A stretch of DNA of 64,000 nucleotides from Rhynchobatus australiae (Eukaryota). The notes beneath the pieces were generated by a model, which saw nothing but the letters and a program-made list of their open reading frames with translations, did not search any database and was not told where the DNA came from. Below, piece by piece: positions 12,741 to 25,907 of this stretch. Numbering within the stretch: position 1 is the first letter of the stretch; each line of letters begins with the position of its first letter. The position numbers were made by a program, and so were the translations under genes. The stretch is taken from assembly GCA_034780895.1 (NCBI GenBank), contig JAUZTB010000064.1:118757014-118821013 (forward strand), in the 5' to 3' direction.

Positions 12741-14330
12741 CTATTTTCACATTTTTGCCTTGTGATGTGTTGTATTGGGACAGGTGATCCATCTTGACAT
12801 TTCTATAGGAAAACTTCAGAAGCAGAGATTTTTCCATAATCTCTGCAACCCTCCCTCCCTTCTTCCCACTCTATCTGCTCCCTGTCCCCTCCCCAAACTG
12901 CTGAGTTCAATTGGCTTATCGATTTAGAATGGAAGATAGATGTTCCCATTGCTTGTTTCTGACATCAGTTGCAAAACTTTTGAGGAAAAATTGTTTATTA
13001 ATGAACATGGTAAATTCTATTAAGTAAGCCAAGTTCATTTTCTACATTCTTAATGTCTTGTGGTACTAATTCATATCTGCTAATTGGTGTCCCATGGTGG
13101 CAGTGGGCCCTAAGAGCAATCGTAACTTGACCTGATTGAAGAAATAACCATAGTTTTCTTGTCAGATGTACACGGTTAGAAAGCTGTCCAGCCCTCCAGC
13201 TAAGTTTTCTTTTACCATCCCTTTGTAGAGTTCAGAGGAAAGCGAAAGAGCTTTGGTTACACGTGGCCTGGAAGTTTTCCACCATTCCCCATCCACCCCA
13301 CCACAATTAATTTCCACCAAAGTTAATTTCCAACAAGAATCAGAGAGTTTAGGTGTAAAGTAGCACTGGCAGTTAGTTGGCTAACAATGCTTAGGCCACT
13401 GGGTGATGGTAATTCTGCTTCCTGCACCCAGGCCCGCTGGATAATTAGTGACAGCTATACTCTGTGTGTGAGGTGATGATAAGATGGTGGGAGGGTGTCT
13501 GAAGTCTGTGTTGCAAGATCACCAAGCACTTTTGTGGATTGGGTTACTAGGACTCAAGCTTCATTAGCAACTAGAAAATGAGACAAGGATTCAACAATGA
13601 CAAATAGGAACCCCAGATCTATTTTACCCAGCTCAGGGCCCTGAACAAGTCTCGCTACTGTGAGTTACCAGTCATTGGCTTAAAGAGTACGAAGCATTTC
13701 TACAGTATGTGGCATTCCTGGTAACTAGACTGGATGGTAGGTTTTCTCCTGCATCTGATCCTACAGCACTTTGGACCATCTGAGAGAGACTCTGTGTTCT
13801 CAGTGATATTGGCCTGTACGGTAGCCAGCCCAAAGCACACTTCACTGGGTCTGTAATAATAGGAATTAAGAAACGTGGTTTAAACACTGTAACTTGTTTT
13901 TGAATGATTGCTGAGCAATCTATCATGTTGTGACTGTGTTGGGAAATTGAATATTTCATCTGGTGACTCTACCAGTCACTGTTTGTCAGATATAGCGCGG
14001 TGGTCTGCCAGAACTCCTGAGCCATCATGTATTGTAGTTTCCAGGTTGAGTATATTGTTCAGATTGGGATAGGCTAATTGGAAATCAATTCTGGTATAAA
14101 GAAAATCACTTAGTGCCCAGAAGGTTACTACAGTTTACAAGAAATACAAATGAAAATAGGTCTCTAGCACCATCTACTCAGTCAATCGAGCTCAGCTGGA
14201 ATGACTGTGAGGTGAATTAACTCAATCCAGTTTAGTGCTCTTTGTGTTTGTTTAGCAGTTGGCTGGAAGGGTGTGGGGGAGGGGCTGTGAAGATTTTGAT
14301 TTGGTTCAAACACTGACATGTGTACAGCAC

Positions 14331-14358
14331 AGAAAGAGAGAGAGAGGGAGAGAGAGAG
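14331..14358 (+). repeat. (GA)n microsatellite
   Basis: agaaagagagagagagggagagagagag. Confidence 0.9.
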
Positions 14359-15433
14359 GATGGTGCTGAATGCGGTTGCTGCTTTGTGTGAGCACATCCA
14401 TCATCTTGAACACCAAGCGCAAGGAATCGTGGGAGATGCACTGTGCATTTTTTTGCTGTGATTGCTGCAGGGCAAAAGCTGACACGGTTTCAGTCAGCAG
14501 GATGACCCAGTGTTGTCTGAGAGCCACATTCCTGCAGCAGAACTTCAATTTCATTTGTGGCCCACCTCGTGGAAGGTGTGAGTGCAATTACCACTGCAAC
14601 AGGGATGACACAGGGGGCTGCTATCATACAATCCCAGTGAACAGCAGCACTCTCTGTACTGTGGCAGACAAATCCAACATCTGATTTCCTTTTGCCATCC
14701 ACCAGTAAAATACCCAATCAATCTGCAGGGAAAACTGTTGGGAGGAAAGTGAAAGATCTTATACTTAACAAAATTACTGGAAATGCATGTAGTTAGCAGA
14801 ATAAATGAAGGCACCCTTCAGTGGAATTCTGTAACAATGGGATTTATGGACGTATATGCCACCTGGTTTAAAGCGCTGTCTTTTGAATGATTACTGAGCC
14901 GTCCATCATGTGACTGCAGTGTGAAATCGAATGGTGATGCTCCCAGTCACTCACGGATATCATCAGGTATTGTGTGGCATGCAGTCAGTAGAGAAGCAAG
15001 GACCTTTAGTCAGCCTGAGCTGAGACCACGGCACTCGACAACCTTTCCCCCGTAGCAGTCTGGGCACGTGCATGAGTAAAGTGTCCAGGGTTCAAAGGTG
15101 AAGTAACATGCACGAATGTTGTTCATCAAGCTGGAGTCACTTCTTTGTAACTGAAGGAGAGCAACTGTTTGAACAGCAGGACACAAGCTGTTCCCCCTCA
15201 GCTTGCCACTGTAAACAGGGCTCATTCTCAAACAAGTGTCATTTTATTTGAGTTGGGTTTTGTAAACTTTCACACAACAAAACAGAAAAGCTTGTGAATA
15301 TGCAATAGTTCCATATTAATGTTATAAAGAATTAATATTGTGATCACATGCAGAATATGAAATTCTGTCACAGATGACTATTGAGACAAATATTGAAACA
15401 TCACTTTGAGGGGACTTGGAAGAGAATTTGGAA

Positions 15434-15613
15434 AGATGCTGGGATATGGAGCAACAAACAAGATGCTGGAGGAACTCAGCGAGTCAGGCAGCATCTGTGG
15501 AGGGAAATAGACAATCAGTGTTTCGGTCAAGATACCTCAACCCAAAACGTCGACTGTCCCTTTCCCTCCACAGATGTTGCCTGACCTGTTGTTCCTCTAG
15601 CATCTTGTTTGTT
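15434..15613. mobile_element. Palindromic Penelope pLTR pair (inverted repeat)
   Basis: Left arm aacaaacaagatgctggaggaac...caggcagcatctgtggagggaaa pairs with right arm tttccctccacagatgttgcctg...gttcctctagcatcttgtttgtt. Confidence 0.85.
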
Positions 15614-17261
15614 AGAAAGATACATGAATAGGCACATTCCAAAGTACATGACAGCAGGTGGTCATACAGTCAACCCCAGAGATTGTGGATAGGTTTATGT
15701 GGAGCCTTCTGTTACTTTACATACACCAACTCTTTCATTAACGGAGGTGGGCATGAGGACCTGAATGCCCCATGTCTTGTTTAATGGGGATGACTTGCAT
15801 TTGAATTGGAGACCAAATTTCCTCAACTTCACTGGAATACCAATCTAAGATTTGACATTGGTTTGGGGTAATGCACAGATCCGAGAATTCCTGGCATTTG
15901 GAGCAATCAATAATAGCATCCATCACTTCCACCTCTCCCCACCCCCACTTCTCCCCTCTTCCCCCTTGATACAGGATTTANNNNNNNNNNNNNNNNNNNN
16001 NNNNNNNNNNNNNNNNNNNNNNNNNNNNNNNNNNNNNNNNNNNNNNNNNNNNNNNNNNNNNNNNNNNNNNNNNNNNNNNNTTGATTCAGGATTTATGTAA
16101 GGACTAATAAGAGTTCTGCTTCTTTAAATTCAGGGAACCAGTGGATTTTGGTCATTGCTCTTTCCTCACCCTGGTAGGACAATTCCAATAAAGTTAGACT
16201 GGGAGACTAGTGTCTCCCCTACAATGGGCTCGTTAACAATTAATTTCTGGTGGTGGTGTCTGAGGAAGGGATACAGCCTGCTCTTTCTACTCCTAAGAGA
16301 GTTCCAGCAGTTGTTCAATAGCAGACAGAACCTTGCTTTAGTTCCAACTGAAAGGCACCCACTCCTCGATGATAGACAGTAAACCTATTTTATTTCCTCA
16401 AATCCTACAGTGGAGCTTGAACCAACAGCCTTGAGACAACCAGAACTATGAGATCCATTTCCAAAGTCCTGTTATTTGCTGTTGTGTAAATCACATTCCA
16501 ATCCAGGCTTTAGTGCAGCCAGAAATGATAGAAAGCTCAAATGTGTGACCCTTTGAATCTTCCCAATGACAAAGCATGAAATTAATTTTCAAAGTCACAT
16601 AGTATGGTCTGTTTTTAGACCCACGTGCATTTTTTTCCTCCTGAATATAAGATTTCCTGTTGAGGCTATGAAATTTATTCTTGAAAGACATTTTGCCTCA
16701 AAGACAGCATTGAATATTTTCTGTGTTTTTTTAAACAACATTGAGATTTTTTGAATAGATTCCTTTTAAAGAAATATGCTTCAGAATTTTTTTTCCCATC
16801 AATAGCTTAGCCAGGGAAATAAAGTTCGCCATGGGTTGAGCAGCATCTGCTTCTTTGGGCCCTTTATCCTGGTGGCATTTTTCATGAGTATTTGATAATT
16901 CACACATTACTAAATGAAACGCCACAGATTAATCCCTCTGAGTAGTGAACGTCTGTTGGAAGTTGGACATTTGTCACTTACCAAAAGTGGAAGATATCCG
17001 GGTGAGTCCGATCTTGTTCTCCCACAGCGTCCACATGAAACCTTACAGCTTGAGTCACTAGATAATGGCGCGTTGAGTTCATCAGGTGATTATTTATCAT
17101 CCTGCCCCCTGTACCCAGCCCAGGGATAGTGAGATTAGTTGTAAGACCAACACTAGCACTCTGGTGGAGGTTAGATTGCTCAACATAAGCAATGAGAGAA
17201 TCTATTCTGTCTTTTTCAACATTATACCAAGCAGTGTAATTCTCATATTTCCTTGTGGCTT

Positions 17262-17573
17262 AGAAGAAGGCCATTCAGCTCCTTGAGTCTTTGCCGACTC
17301 TCAGAGTGGTCCCATCAATCCCATTCCCTCTTATTTCCCTGTAACCTATTATCTCTCAAATACCCGTCAACTTTCCCACCCCTGATTCTCCTACCACCCA
17401 CTTACAGTAGCCAGTTAACCTACCAACCAGCCATGTTTGGGAGGAAAATAGAGAACCCAGGGGAAACCCATGCAATAACAGGGAGGGCGGGCAAACTTCA
17501 CACAGATAGCACTGGATCGAACCCAAGTTGCTGGAGCCATGAGGCAGCAGCAGCCCTACCTGCACACCACTGT
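17262..17573 (-). mobile_element. HE1/V-SINE
   Basis: Reverse complement shows a tRNA-like head (B-box ggatcgaaccc on +; tgaggcagcagc) and the V-domain (cccaggggaaacccatgc, gcaaacttcacacaga). Confidence 0.8.
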
Positions 17574-18224
17574 TGACCTCATGGATTAGTAGAAGAGCTC
17601 TTGAAAAGTGGCATGGAACTTGGACATTTTGTTTAATTTTTGATGCAAGTATATAAATGGTGAGTGCAGTTGGTGTGGGGCTCAGTCCACAGGGCCACAG
17701 ATGCATTCCCCACAACTGCTGCCCAACCCAAGTATGGCCCATGATGACTGGGATAGAAAGTTCCTCGGCACCTCCTCTCTGTTGCACAGCTATGGGAATC
17801 CAAGGGTGAGCCCAGGTTCATGTGGTGTGAGAGGTGGAAGCAGGGCCCTCCTGGGGATCGCCACTTAGCCTTAAGGTTAAAATACCAGTTTCATGATTCC
17901 TACCTACCATGGTTTAAAGGGGGCCAATCAGAGGTAGTCTTAGCTTCATAGCCAGGAGGCATCAACTCTCATAAGGTCTCGGAAACTACACAGCTCCAAC
18001 TCATAATGGTACTATGCAGTTGAAATTTGGCTTCGTTTGGAGTGGAGGAATTTTGCACATGCCTCTGGCTGCCACAGCACTCAGCAGGAAACCTGACTCC
18101 TTCAACTTTTTGGTGGGATTTTTATTTTGCTTTGCACACTTTTTCCAGCATAAACTCCCCCAAACAGCATCAATGGCATTGCAACATGTAAAAGTTCATC
18201 TGCAGTGAGATTTTCAACCTTACT

Positions 18225-18340
18225 GGTCCAAAAAATGACCTGAAATGACAACAATTTCTTCCCTCCCACAGACGCTGCTCAACGTGCTGAGTTCCTCCAG
18301 CAGATTGTTTGTTGCTCCGGATTCCAGCATCTGCAGTCTA
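18225..18340 (+). mobile_element. Penelope pLTR fragment
   Basis: cccacagacgctgctcaacgtgctgagttcctccagcagattgtttgttgctccggattccagcatctgcagtc, same family as 12540 and 45880. Confidence 0.8.
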
Positions 18341-19289
18341 CAGTTTCCAGTGATCGATGGAAGTAGAGTGAAGGTATAAGATTAGTTGTATTGAAGTTAG
18401 GAGAAACATTTCTATTCATTTGAACAGCTTCAATCCATTTCCCAACAAGGGCAGGCCCACAAGAGAACAGTGCCTGTTATTCAGTAGCTTGATGTAGGAA
18501 TTAGAAAAAAAACCCTTCCCAGATGTTTTCAAGTTTTGGGGTTGAGGCAGAGTGAGTGAACTTTACTGTACATTGTTTGTTCCATACTAAAGCCCCTATG
18601 ATTCACCTAACTAAAAACAAAAACTGTGTTTCATTCTGCATGAGGGAGATCTTTGTTTTGTCGTATGGCATAGAAGCAGAGCATCAAAACAGCCTAGCAA
18701 ATTAAAGTTAATGCTAGTCTTAAATTATGTCGTGAAGTTGTGAGTGGAAAGGTCACCATTGAACAGATATTCTGGATTTTCATCAGTGATAAGTGGAATG
18801 ATTTAAATTCCGCCACACACAATGTGGAGGTTTTGTAGTCTTCCATGTACATCGCCTTTGTCCTTTTCATATTTGATTGAGCAATGTCTGTTCTTTCCTG
18901 CTTGTTTGAAACCAGTGGATTTAGCTGTTGGGTATGTGAGGAGACATTTGTTTAGGGTGGCTGTCTAATTCTCACTTCTTCCTCAACAATTGAAAACTGA
19001 AGGCACAGTACAGAATGGGTTGAGCAGCATCAGCAGCTTCATGGGATGTTGTTTAACATCCAGGCATATCAGGATTGGTCCCTATCTATCAGGGTTGTCA
19101 GTATACGGTGGAGCAACATTCAAATGGTGATTTCTTAAGCATCGCAATATTACTTGCACGGTGCAGCATTGATTGTCAACAATTTTCATGTGTTGGCTGC
19201 CTTCTCAAACCAGGGCCCAATACTCTGATGTAAGGTTCATATGGAACAAAGTGTCATTGCCCCGGATGTACAAGCTGGCAGCGTATTTT

Positions 19290-19430
19290 TGGATGATATT
19301 GGTGAGGGAGAGGATGAAGAGGAGAACTAGGAGGAGGCCGGTGATAGGTCCTTGGGGACACCAGAGGAGACTGTGAAGTTGAAGGAAGATAAGGGACTAT
19401 TGGTGGTTCACTGTTAGTGACTGAATCACT
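19290..19430 (-). mobile_element. Old LINE (L2-like) RT fragment
   Basis: Minus strand reads SGVPQGP..LLL, a decayed GVPQGSxLGPLLF motif. Confidence 0.45.
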
Positions 19431-19467
19431 GAAAAAAAGAACTTAGGGTGAGTTAGGCCCATCTGGA

Positions 19468-20715
19468 AGTCACAGAGCAACACAGCACAGATACAGGCCC
19501 TTCGGCCCAACCAGTCCATGCTGACCATGGTGCCCACCCCGCTGATCCCAATTTCTTGCATTCGGCCCATATCCCTCTAAGCCCCGCCCCTATGCTTCTT
19601 AAATGATACTATTGTACCTACCTCAATTACTTCCTCTGACAGCTCATTCATATACTCACCACTCTCTGTGTGGAAAAATTTGCCCCTCAAGTCCCTTTTA
19701 AATCTTTCCCCTCTGACCATAAACCTATGCCCCCTAATTTTGGACTCCCCTAACCTGGGGAAAAGTTAGGAAAACCTGGGGATAACCATCCACCTTATCG
19801 ATGCCTCTCATAATTTTAAACATTTCTATAAGGTCATCCCTCATTCTCCCATGTTCCAAGGAATAAAGACCCAGCCTGGCCAACCTCTCCCTATAACTCA
19901 GGCCCTCTAGTCCTGGCAACATCTTTGTAAATCTTTTCTGCACTCTTTCCAATTTAACCACGTCTTTCCTATAACAGGGTGACCAAAACTGTACACTATA
20001 CTCCAAGTATTTATACAACTGCAACATAATTTCCCATTTCCCTTACTCACTGCCCTCACTGATGAAGGCCAGTGTGCTAAATGCATTTTTCACCACCCTA
20101 TCTACCTGTGGCATCACTTTCAATGAACTATTCACTAGAATTCCTAGGTCCCTCTGCTCCATTACACTCCCCAGAGCCCTACCATTCATAGTATAAGTCC
20201 TACACTGGTTTGACTTTCCAAAATGCATCACCTCTCACTTAACTGTATTGAAATCCATTTGCCACTCCTCAGCCCACTTCCCTAACTGATCAAAATCCCC
20301 CTGTAACCTACGATAACCTTCTTCACTATCAACAACACCTCCTGATTTCATATCATCCACAAATTTACTGATCAAGCCTTGCGCATTTGCATCCAAATCA
20401 TTTATATAAATAACGGAAAATAAGGGTCGCAACACTGACCCCTGCAGCACACCACTAGTAAACGGCCTCCATTCCAAGAAACAACCTTCAACCACCACCC
20501 TTTGCTTCCCACCTCCAAGCCAATTTTGAATCCACCTAACTAGCTCTCCCTGGATTCCATGGAACCCAACCTTCCAGACCAGCCAACCATGTGGGACCTA
20601 GTTGAAGGCCTTGCTAAAGTCCAAATAGACAACATCCACTGCCCTACCCTCATCTACCCTTTCGGTTACCTCTTCAAAAAACTCTAAAAGATTCATCAAG
20701 CACAACTTTCCACAC
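19468..20715 (-). mobile_element. CR1-clade (HER1-like) LINE, 5'-truncated RT pseudogene with 3' tail
   Basis: Minus-strand ORF pieces: TSGVLQGSVLRPLFSVIYINDLD..ISKFVDD, QRDLGILVNSSLK, YLEYSVQFWSPCYRKDVVKLERVQKRFTKMLPGL; tail gggccgaagggcctgtatctgtgctgt. Confidence 0.95.
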
Positions 20716-23700
20716 AAAGTCTAGTTACCCAAAGTCACAAGTGCAGAGGTGTTGACAGAACTGCTTTTCATGTGAACTGAATGTTTTCCATTTAGAAGTT
20801 GCTGCCAATGTTTAATTAAATCGCATTAGAAGATTGATTGAGTCTAGATTTGTCCCTTTTGAATTACTAGTTTGTAGCTTGACTAAAACAGTTAGAAATT
20901 CCAGGAAGGAGTTCCAGCAGGGTACAGAGGTAGGTGAAGGAGGGGAAGGGGAGGTTGGAATTTAGGGCAATACCCAGTTACCACCTTATTGAGATTACTC
21001 AACAGGTTTTGCCCAGGAGTGAAGGGGTTTATAAGCACATCTTCTGCCTTTTCTTCATGGTACTTTGTGGGGTTTGTAGAGAGTCTGGACCTCTCTGCAA
21101 ATTCTGACCGTTCAACTAATTTTCAGCCAGCAGATTCAAAAATGACAATAAACCGAGGTAATTTATCCCACGCTGTCGCAGTGTTAACTCTCTGCTGGCT
21201 CATGAACATTTGCTTTAACCTTGATCTTTCAGAAATACTATTAATGCTTTTCGAATAAAGTCCCTCACAGTTGCACTTTATCTGCAGAGTTGATCAGGAA
21301 CTTGTGCGTTTGATCTAGTGATATTTGCAGAGTAATAGGATCTGTGCTGGGTGCTTCTATTGGAGTCAATGTCGTGAGATAGTGGGAAAGTCGTCTGTGT
21401 TTCTCAGCCCCACATGTTATCCCATGTCCCCTTCTGACAAAATGCATGTGTGTATGAAGGCATGCTCAGGTTTGGTTCTAAAGCTCCTCCCTACCTTCAG
21501 CTCACCTGCAGCAATTGTCTAGTCTGGCAGTGCTTGCCCGGACATGAAGAATAGCCCACTTGGGCGAGATACTAAAGGATGTTGGCACCTGCGGAGCCTT
21601 CTTTCAGCATGAGTCATTGACTTCAGGAAAGAAAAAATAAGGGAGAAAGAGGAAAGAAGTGTGATTGACAAGATAATATGTTAAGCATCTCTCAGTCAAT
21701 TATATTGCCAGCAGTAGGTCTGAATGTTAAGTGCGTTGCTGCTCCCCCTCCCCTCACTAACCAGATAGAGAACTGCTGTGTCCCTTTGTATTCTGAATCC
21801 TCATTGAGTTTTGATATTTTAAAGTCCTATGCTAAAGCACATCAAGGCAAGGTGTACGTTCACATCCTAGTCAGCCTTTCCAAGTATCATCCAGCACGGC
21901 CATTACACATGACAATGTCGCATACACAGAGTCAGCATCATATTAGCATGCTGACTGATTCAAGTAGCATCTCAATAAAACAGCCGCACAAATCAGTTTA
22001 AATAGTTAGAGAAGTGATCAATCTACAGCCAGCGCCTTAAGACAAAGGAAGTAATTCCATGTGTTTGACCTCACATCCCTAACAAGAATTAAAATTAGTA
22101 GCCTTATAAGGACAGACAGTTCTAAGCATTGCTTCACCTAAGAATAATACATTATGTTCATAAGTCTAGTGTTATTTTCTCTGGCTTACTGTGAGCAGTA
22201 TCGCAGGAAATCCACTTGTATGGTGTAAACTTTTTTAACAGTGGGTAAGACCAGTTTAGTTTTCTTCAGAAACTCCATTGGCTCGAGCGGGGAGCTTACA
22301 ATGAAACCATATGTACACGTGGCCAAGGCATGATCCCAGAGGACAAGTCTGGAACACTGTGAGATACTGGTCCCAGTCGAAGTAGGAAGCAGTAGTAAGG
22401 TTGTTCAGTGTTTAATTCGTCACTTACAAGTATGTGAGAAATTAAAAAAAACACAAGGATTTAATGGCCTGATTATGTAAGCCCTGCTGTTTTGTTTAAT
22501 CTTGAAGAGACATTTAAAATGACAGTAATTTTAGTCATTTACCTGTTTAAATACAATAGTAGAAGCTTTTACGGCTTCCATGTAGACTTGATTGTTTCTA
22601 CATTTCTGTGAATATTTTAACATCTGCCCAGAAGACAAAATGATCCTTACAACGATGTTGGTTGTGATTAGTATTGTGAATTGGTCATATTCTACACAGG
22701 AGTTCACTTGCACTTCATTTTAATGAAGTGACCTGCTCACTGCTAAATATTTCTGAGAATAAAAATCTTCCCATTTTTTGTACTGGGGCCCCAGCAGGTA
22801 ATTTCTGGAAGAAAGCCAGGGATGAATTAGGAATTAACTACTCCTCAAAGGAATGCTTAAAGAAAACTGTGGACAAGCAGTAGAACAGTGACTAACTGCG
22901 TTTGACAACATATTTGTCCATTTCATGATACTTTTAGGTATCGTGTAGTAGGAAGGAACAAGGCAGTTCTGCAAAACAATCATTTCACTGTGTGTAACAT
23001 AACAAGTAGAGGCAAAAAAAAAGACAAGAGTGGAGCATAACCGGTCACTTCCTCTGCATAGCTGAAATAACTGTCCTCTGAAGTCACAGTGGCAAACAGT
23101 GATGGTGGGGGGAGGTGCACCATACTGAGCTTAGTCTGTTGCCATGGTAACATCTCCTTGGTTTTTTTTGTTGTTTTGGGGAAGGAAATGGATTGGGATC
23201 TGTGGGGCACTGAGCAGAGCAGTTTCTGCAGCCATTAGCAGATAAAAACTCTCTTGTCTGTGGATTGCATCCGTATGTTACTTCAGCTCCTTAACATTGT
23301 GTGTGTGTTTTTAGGGGTCTGGCTCATAGGAGAAGATATGAGATGGCACAAAATAAAAGATCCCTTTTCCACCCTGTGGTTCTTGTCAGAATTTCCACTG
23401 TTTCGTGTTTGTGAGCTAATAGTTTTCAGAAATTTACCTTGAACTGCTTCCTCATCAGTGAATGAGCACCAAATCAGAACACTTATGTTAGTTCCATCAC
23501 TTAATTATTATGGAAAATGATCAGGACAGGCCTGCAGTGAAGATCATAGACTACATAACCTAGGAACATGTAGGAGTTTTACATGTTTTATCCTCCTCAA
23601 GCTAACTATTTTTGATGTTGTTTTGGCATTGTTTTAATTGAGGCATTACAGTTATGAAATAATGGCAAACTTGTTGGGAGGAGAGAGAGAGGCATGATTA

Positions 23701-25304
23701 CTTTTTAATGCATGATACCACTTTCAAGAGGTGTGGTAATGCATATAAGTACTATCTCCATCATTGTACATAGTTACAAACCAATAAATTAAAGTGTTGC
23801 CAGAATACTTTTACATGAAGTTGGTGCCCTTTTAACAATACAAACATAGTTTGCGGGAGAACCAAACCACTAACGGGGACCATCACAAACATGGTAGAAA
23901 ACCTTTTGTAGAAAGAATGAAACCTAGTTCAAGTGCAATGACTAGTGAATGATAGACCAAGTTAGAGGAAACCAAAGAGCTTGCAGGATTGCAATAGTGG
24001 CATGACAGAGATGTGCAGAGCCTCCGGAGACCTTTCATAATTCAGTGGTCGTGAATAATGCTGATTTGGTCCACAAGAAATACACATATACTATCTGATT
24101 CTGCCAATATCCTGGGCTAGTTAATGGAATTTTCATGACAGATAACATAAAAGTCATTTTTCCTGTTGCTTGCTTTTGTTGCCCTTACAGGTTGGAGCAG
24201 TTCTCAGAGCAGTACAGTCAATCGTTCTACTTCAGTAAAGCCTATTTATATTGTAGATTGTACCACCCCCTCCCCATGTGAATCTAAATAAATTTACCAG
24301 GCTGTAATGTTCCCAATGTGTATTACATCTCCAGTTTCATTATGGATTGTGCACAAGTCCATTTGTCAACCACTTGAAATAGAGAAAGACATACGGTTCC
24401 TCAGATTGAACCAAGTTTCTTGCAGCACAGGTTGTGATGGCTTGGATCTAGCTGGTAAATCAAAGCAAGTTCGAGATTTTGGCTCATGAAAGTTCCAAAC
24501 TTGCTGATAGGTTCAGAACTCCTATACACTCTGCCATTTGACAGCTGACAGTCCCCTTGGAGGTAGTCCCTAGATACTTGTTTTAATTAATGAACCGAAT
24601 TCCACAGTCCAATATCAAGACTTCTAATTAGGCTAAAGCTGAGCTCAGAAGGATTTTGTCAATGTATTTCCAACCTCAATAGTCTCTGTGTCGAGGCTGG
24701 AAATGCATTGCCAAGACTTCTTTTGTTTTGAAACTAGCAAATGGCATTTTCAGATGATAACTGTTTTTCTGTCTCTCCCCTCTGTTCACTGCACCAATCT
24801 TCCAGCCAAGATTAGGAATTGTAACATGCAGGTCAACTCTAGTGGGTGCATGGGTTGATTGGGGATGCAGATAGAAGTAAAACACTCCAGGCCCAATTAG
24901 ATTTTTGTGCCCATGTTGCCGCCACTTCTTGGGGCTGCTGTACTGGTGGTGGGCTCTGGGAAGGTGATGGCAACAGCACTGTGTGGTATCTTTGTGGGAG
25001 AGGAGCACTTAACAGCCTCTGAAACTTCGAGGTAATATCAGCCTAAGCATAAATTGAGGAACCCATATGTTAGTTTTATACATCACTTAACATTGCTCTC
25101 CCAATCAGATGGGTTATAAAATCAGTGCTGCATTAGATTCCATAAGTTTGCCAACCTCTGAGTTAGGTTAAAGTTTCCGCCTTCATTTTTGAAAGCCTCG
25201 GTCTCATCAAATCCTCCGCTGCGAGGTCCTGTCTGATCACCATCTGCCCCCACTGAGATCCTCTGCTAAAGCGCAACAGGGTTTCTCCTAACATCTCCTA
25301 ATAT

Positions 25305-25592
25305 AAATGGCTAACATGAGGGGGCATAATTTTAAGGTGATTGGAGGAAGGTATAAGGAGGATGTCAGAGGTAAGCTGTTCACACAGAGAGTGGTGGATG
25401 TGTGGAACGCACTGCCGGCAGAGCTTGTGGGGGCAGATACATTAGGGACATTTAAGAGACTCTTAGATAGCCACATGAATGACAGAGAAATGGAGGGCTA
25501 TGTGGGAGGGAAGGGATAGATATTAGAGCAGGGTAATATATCGGCACAACATTGTGGGCTGAAGGGCCTGCACTGACCTGTTATGTTCTATT
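25305..25592 (+). mobile_element. CR1-clade LINE 3' end
   Basis: RGHNFKVIGGRYKEDVRGKLFTQRVVDVWNALP..FKRLLDSHM plus tail gggctgaagggcctg. Confidence 0.92.
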
Positions 25593-25907
25593 TACTGGAA
25601 TCCTTCTCCTCACCAAATGAACATTTTTCAGGAGCCAAGACAGATAAAGAAGAGCAAATTGAAATTCCAAAGCACTGGAAATCCATTCTGAAGACAGTTC
25701 TAACTCCACTCTCCCCTGACCCACCTATGTGAGTTAGGGAAATAAAATAAAATTAACAAAAGATTGTTTTCCTGATTGCCAGAATTTCACAGCTAGGAGG
25801 AGCAACTGTATTGTATGGGACATGAGTTTCCATTGTGGAGAATTATGTATATTTGTTCTTAATGGTCAAGCAGACAATAACCAAGTCTCTTTATATTTCT
25901 TTTAAAG

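Noticed and set aside
14370-14684. Cys-rich 104-aa ORF
   Set aside because: No recognisable domain or cysteine spacing, no ATG start, and no clear splice context.
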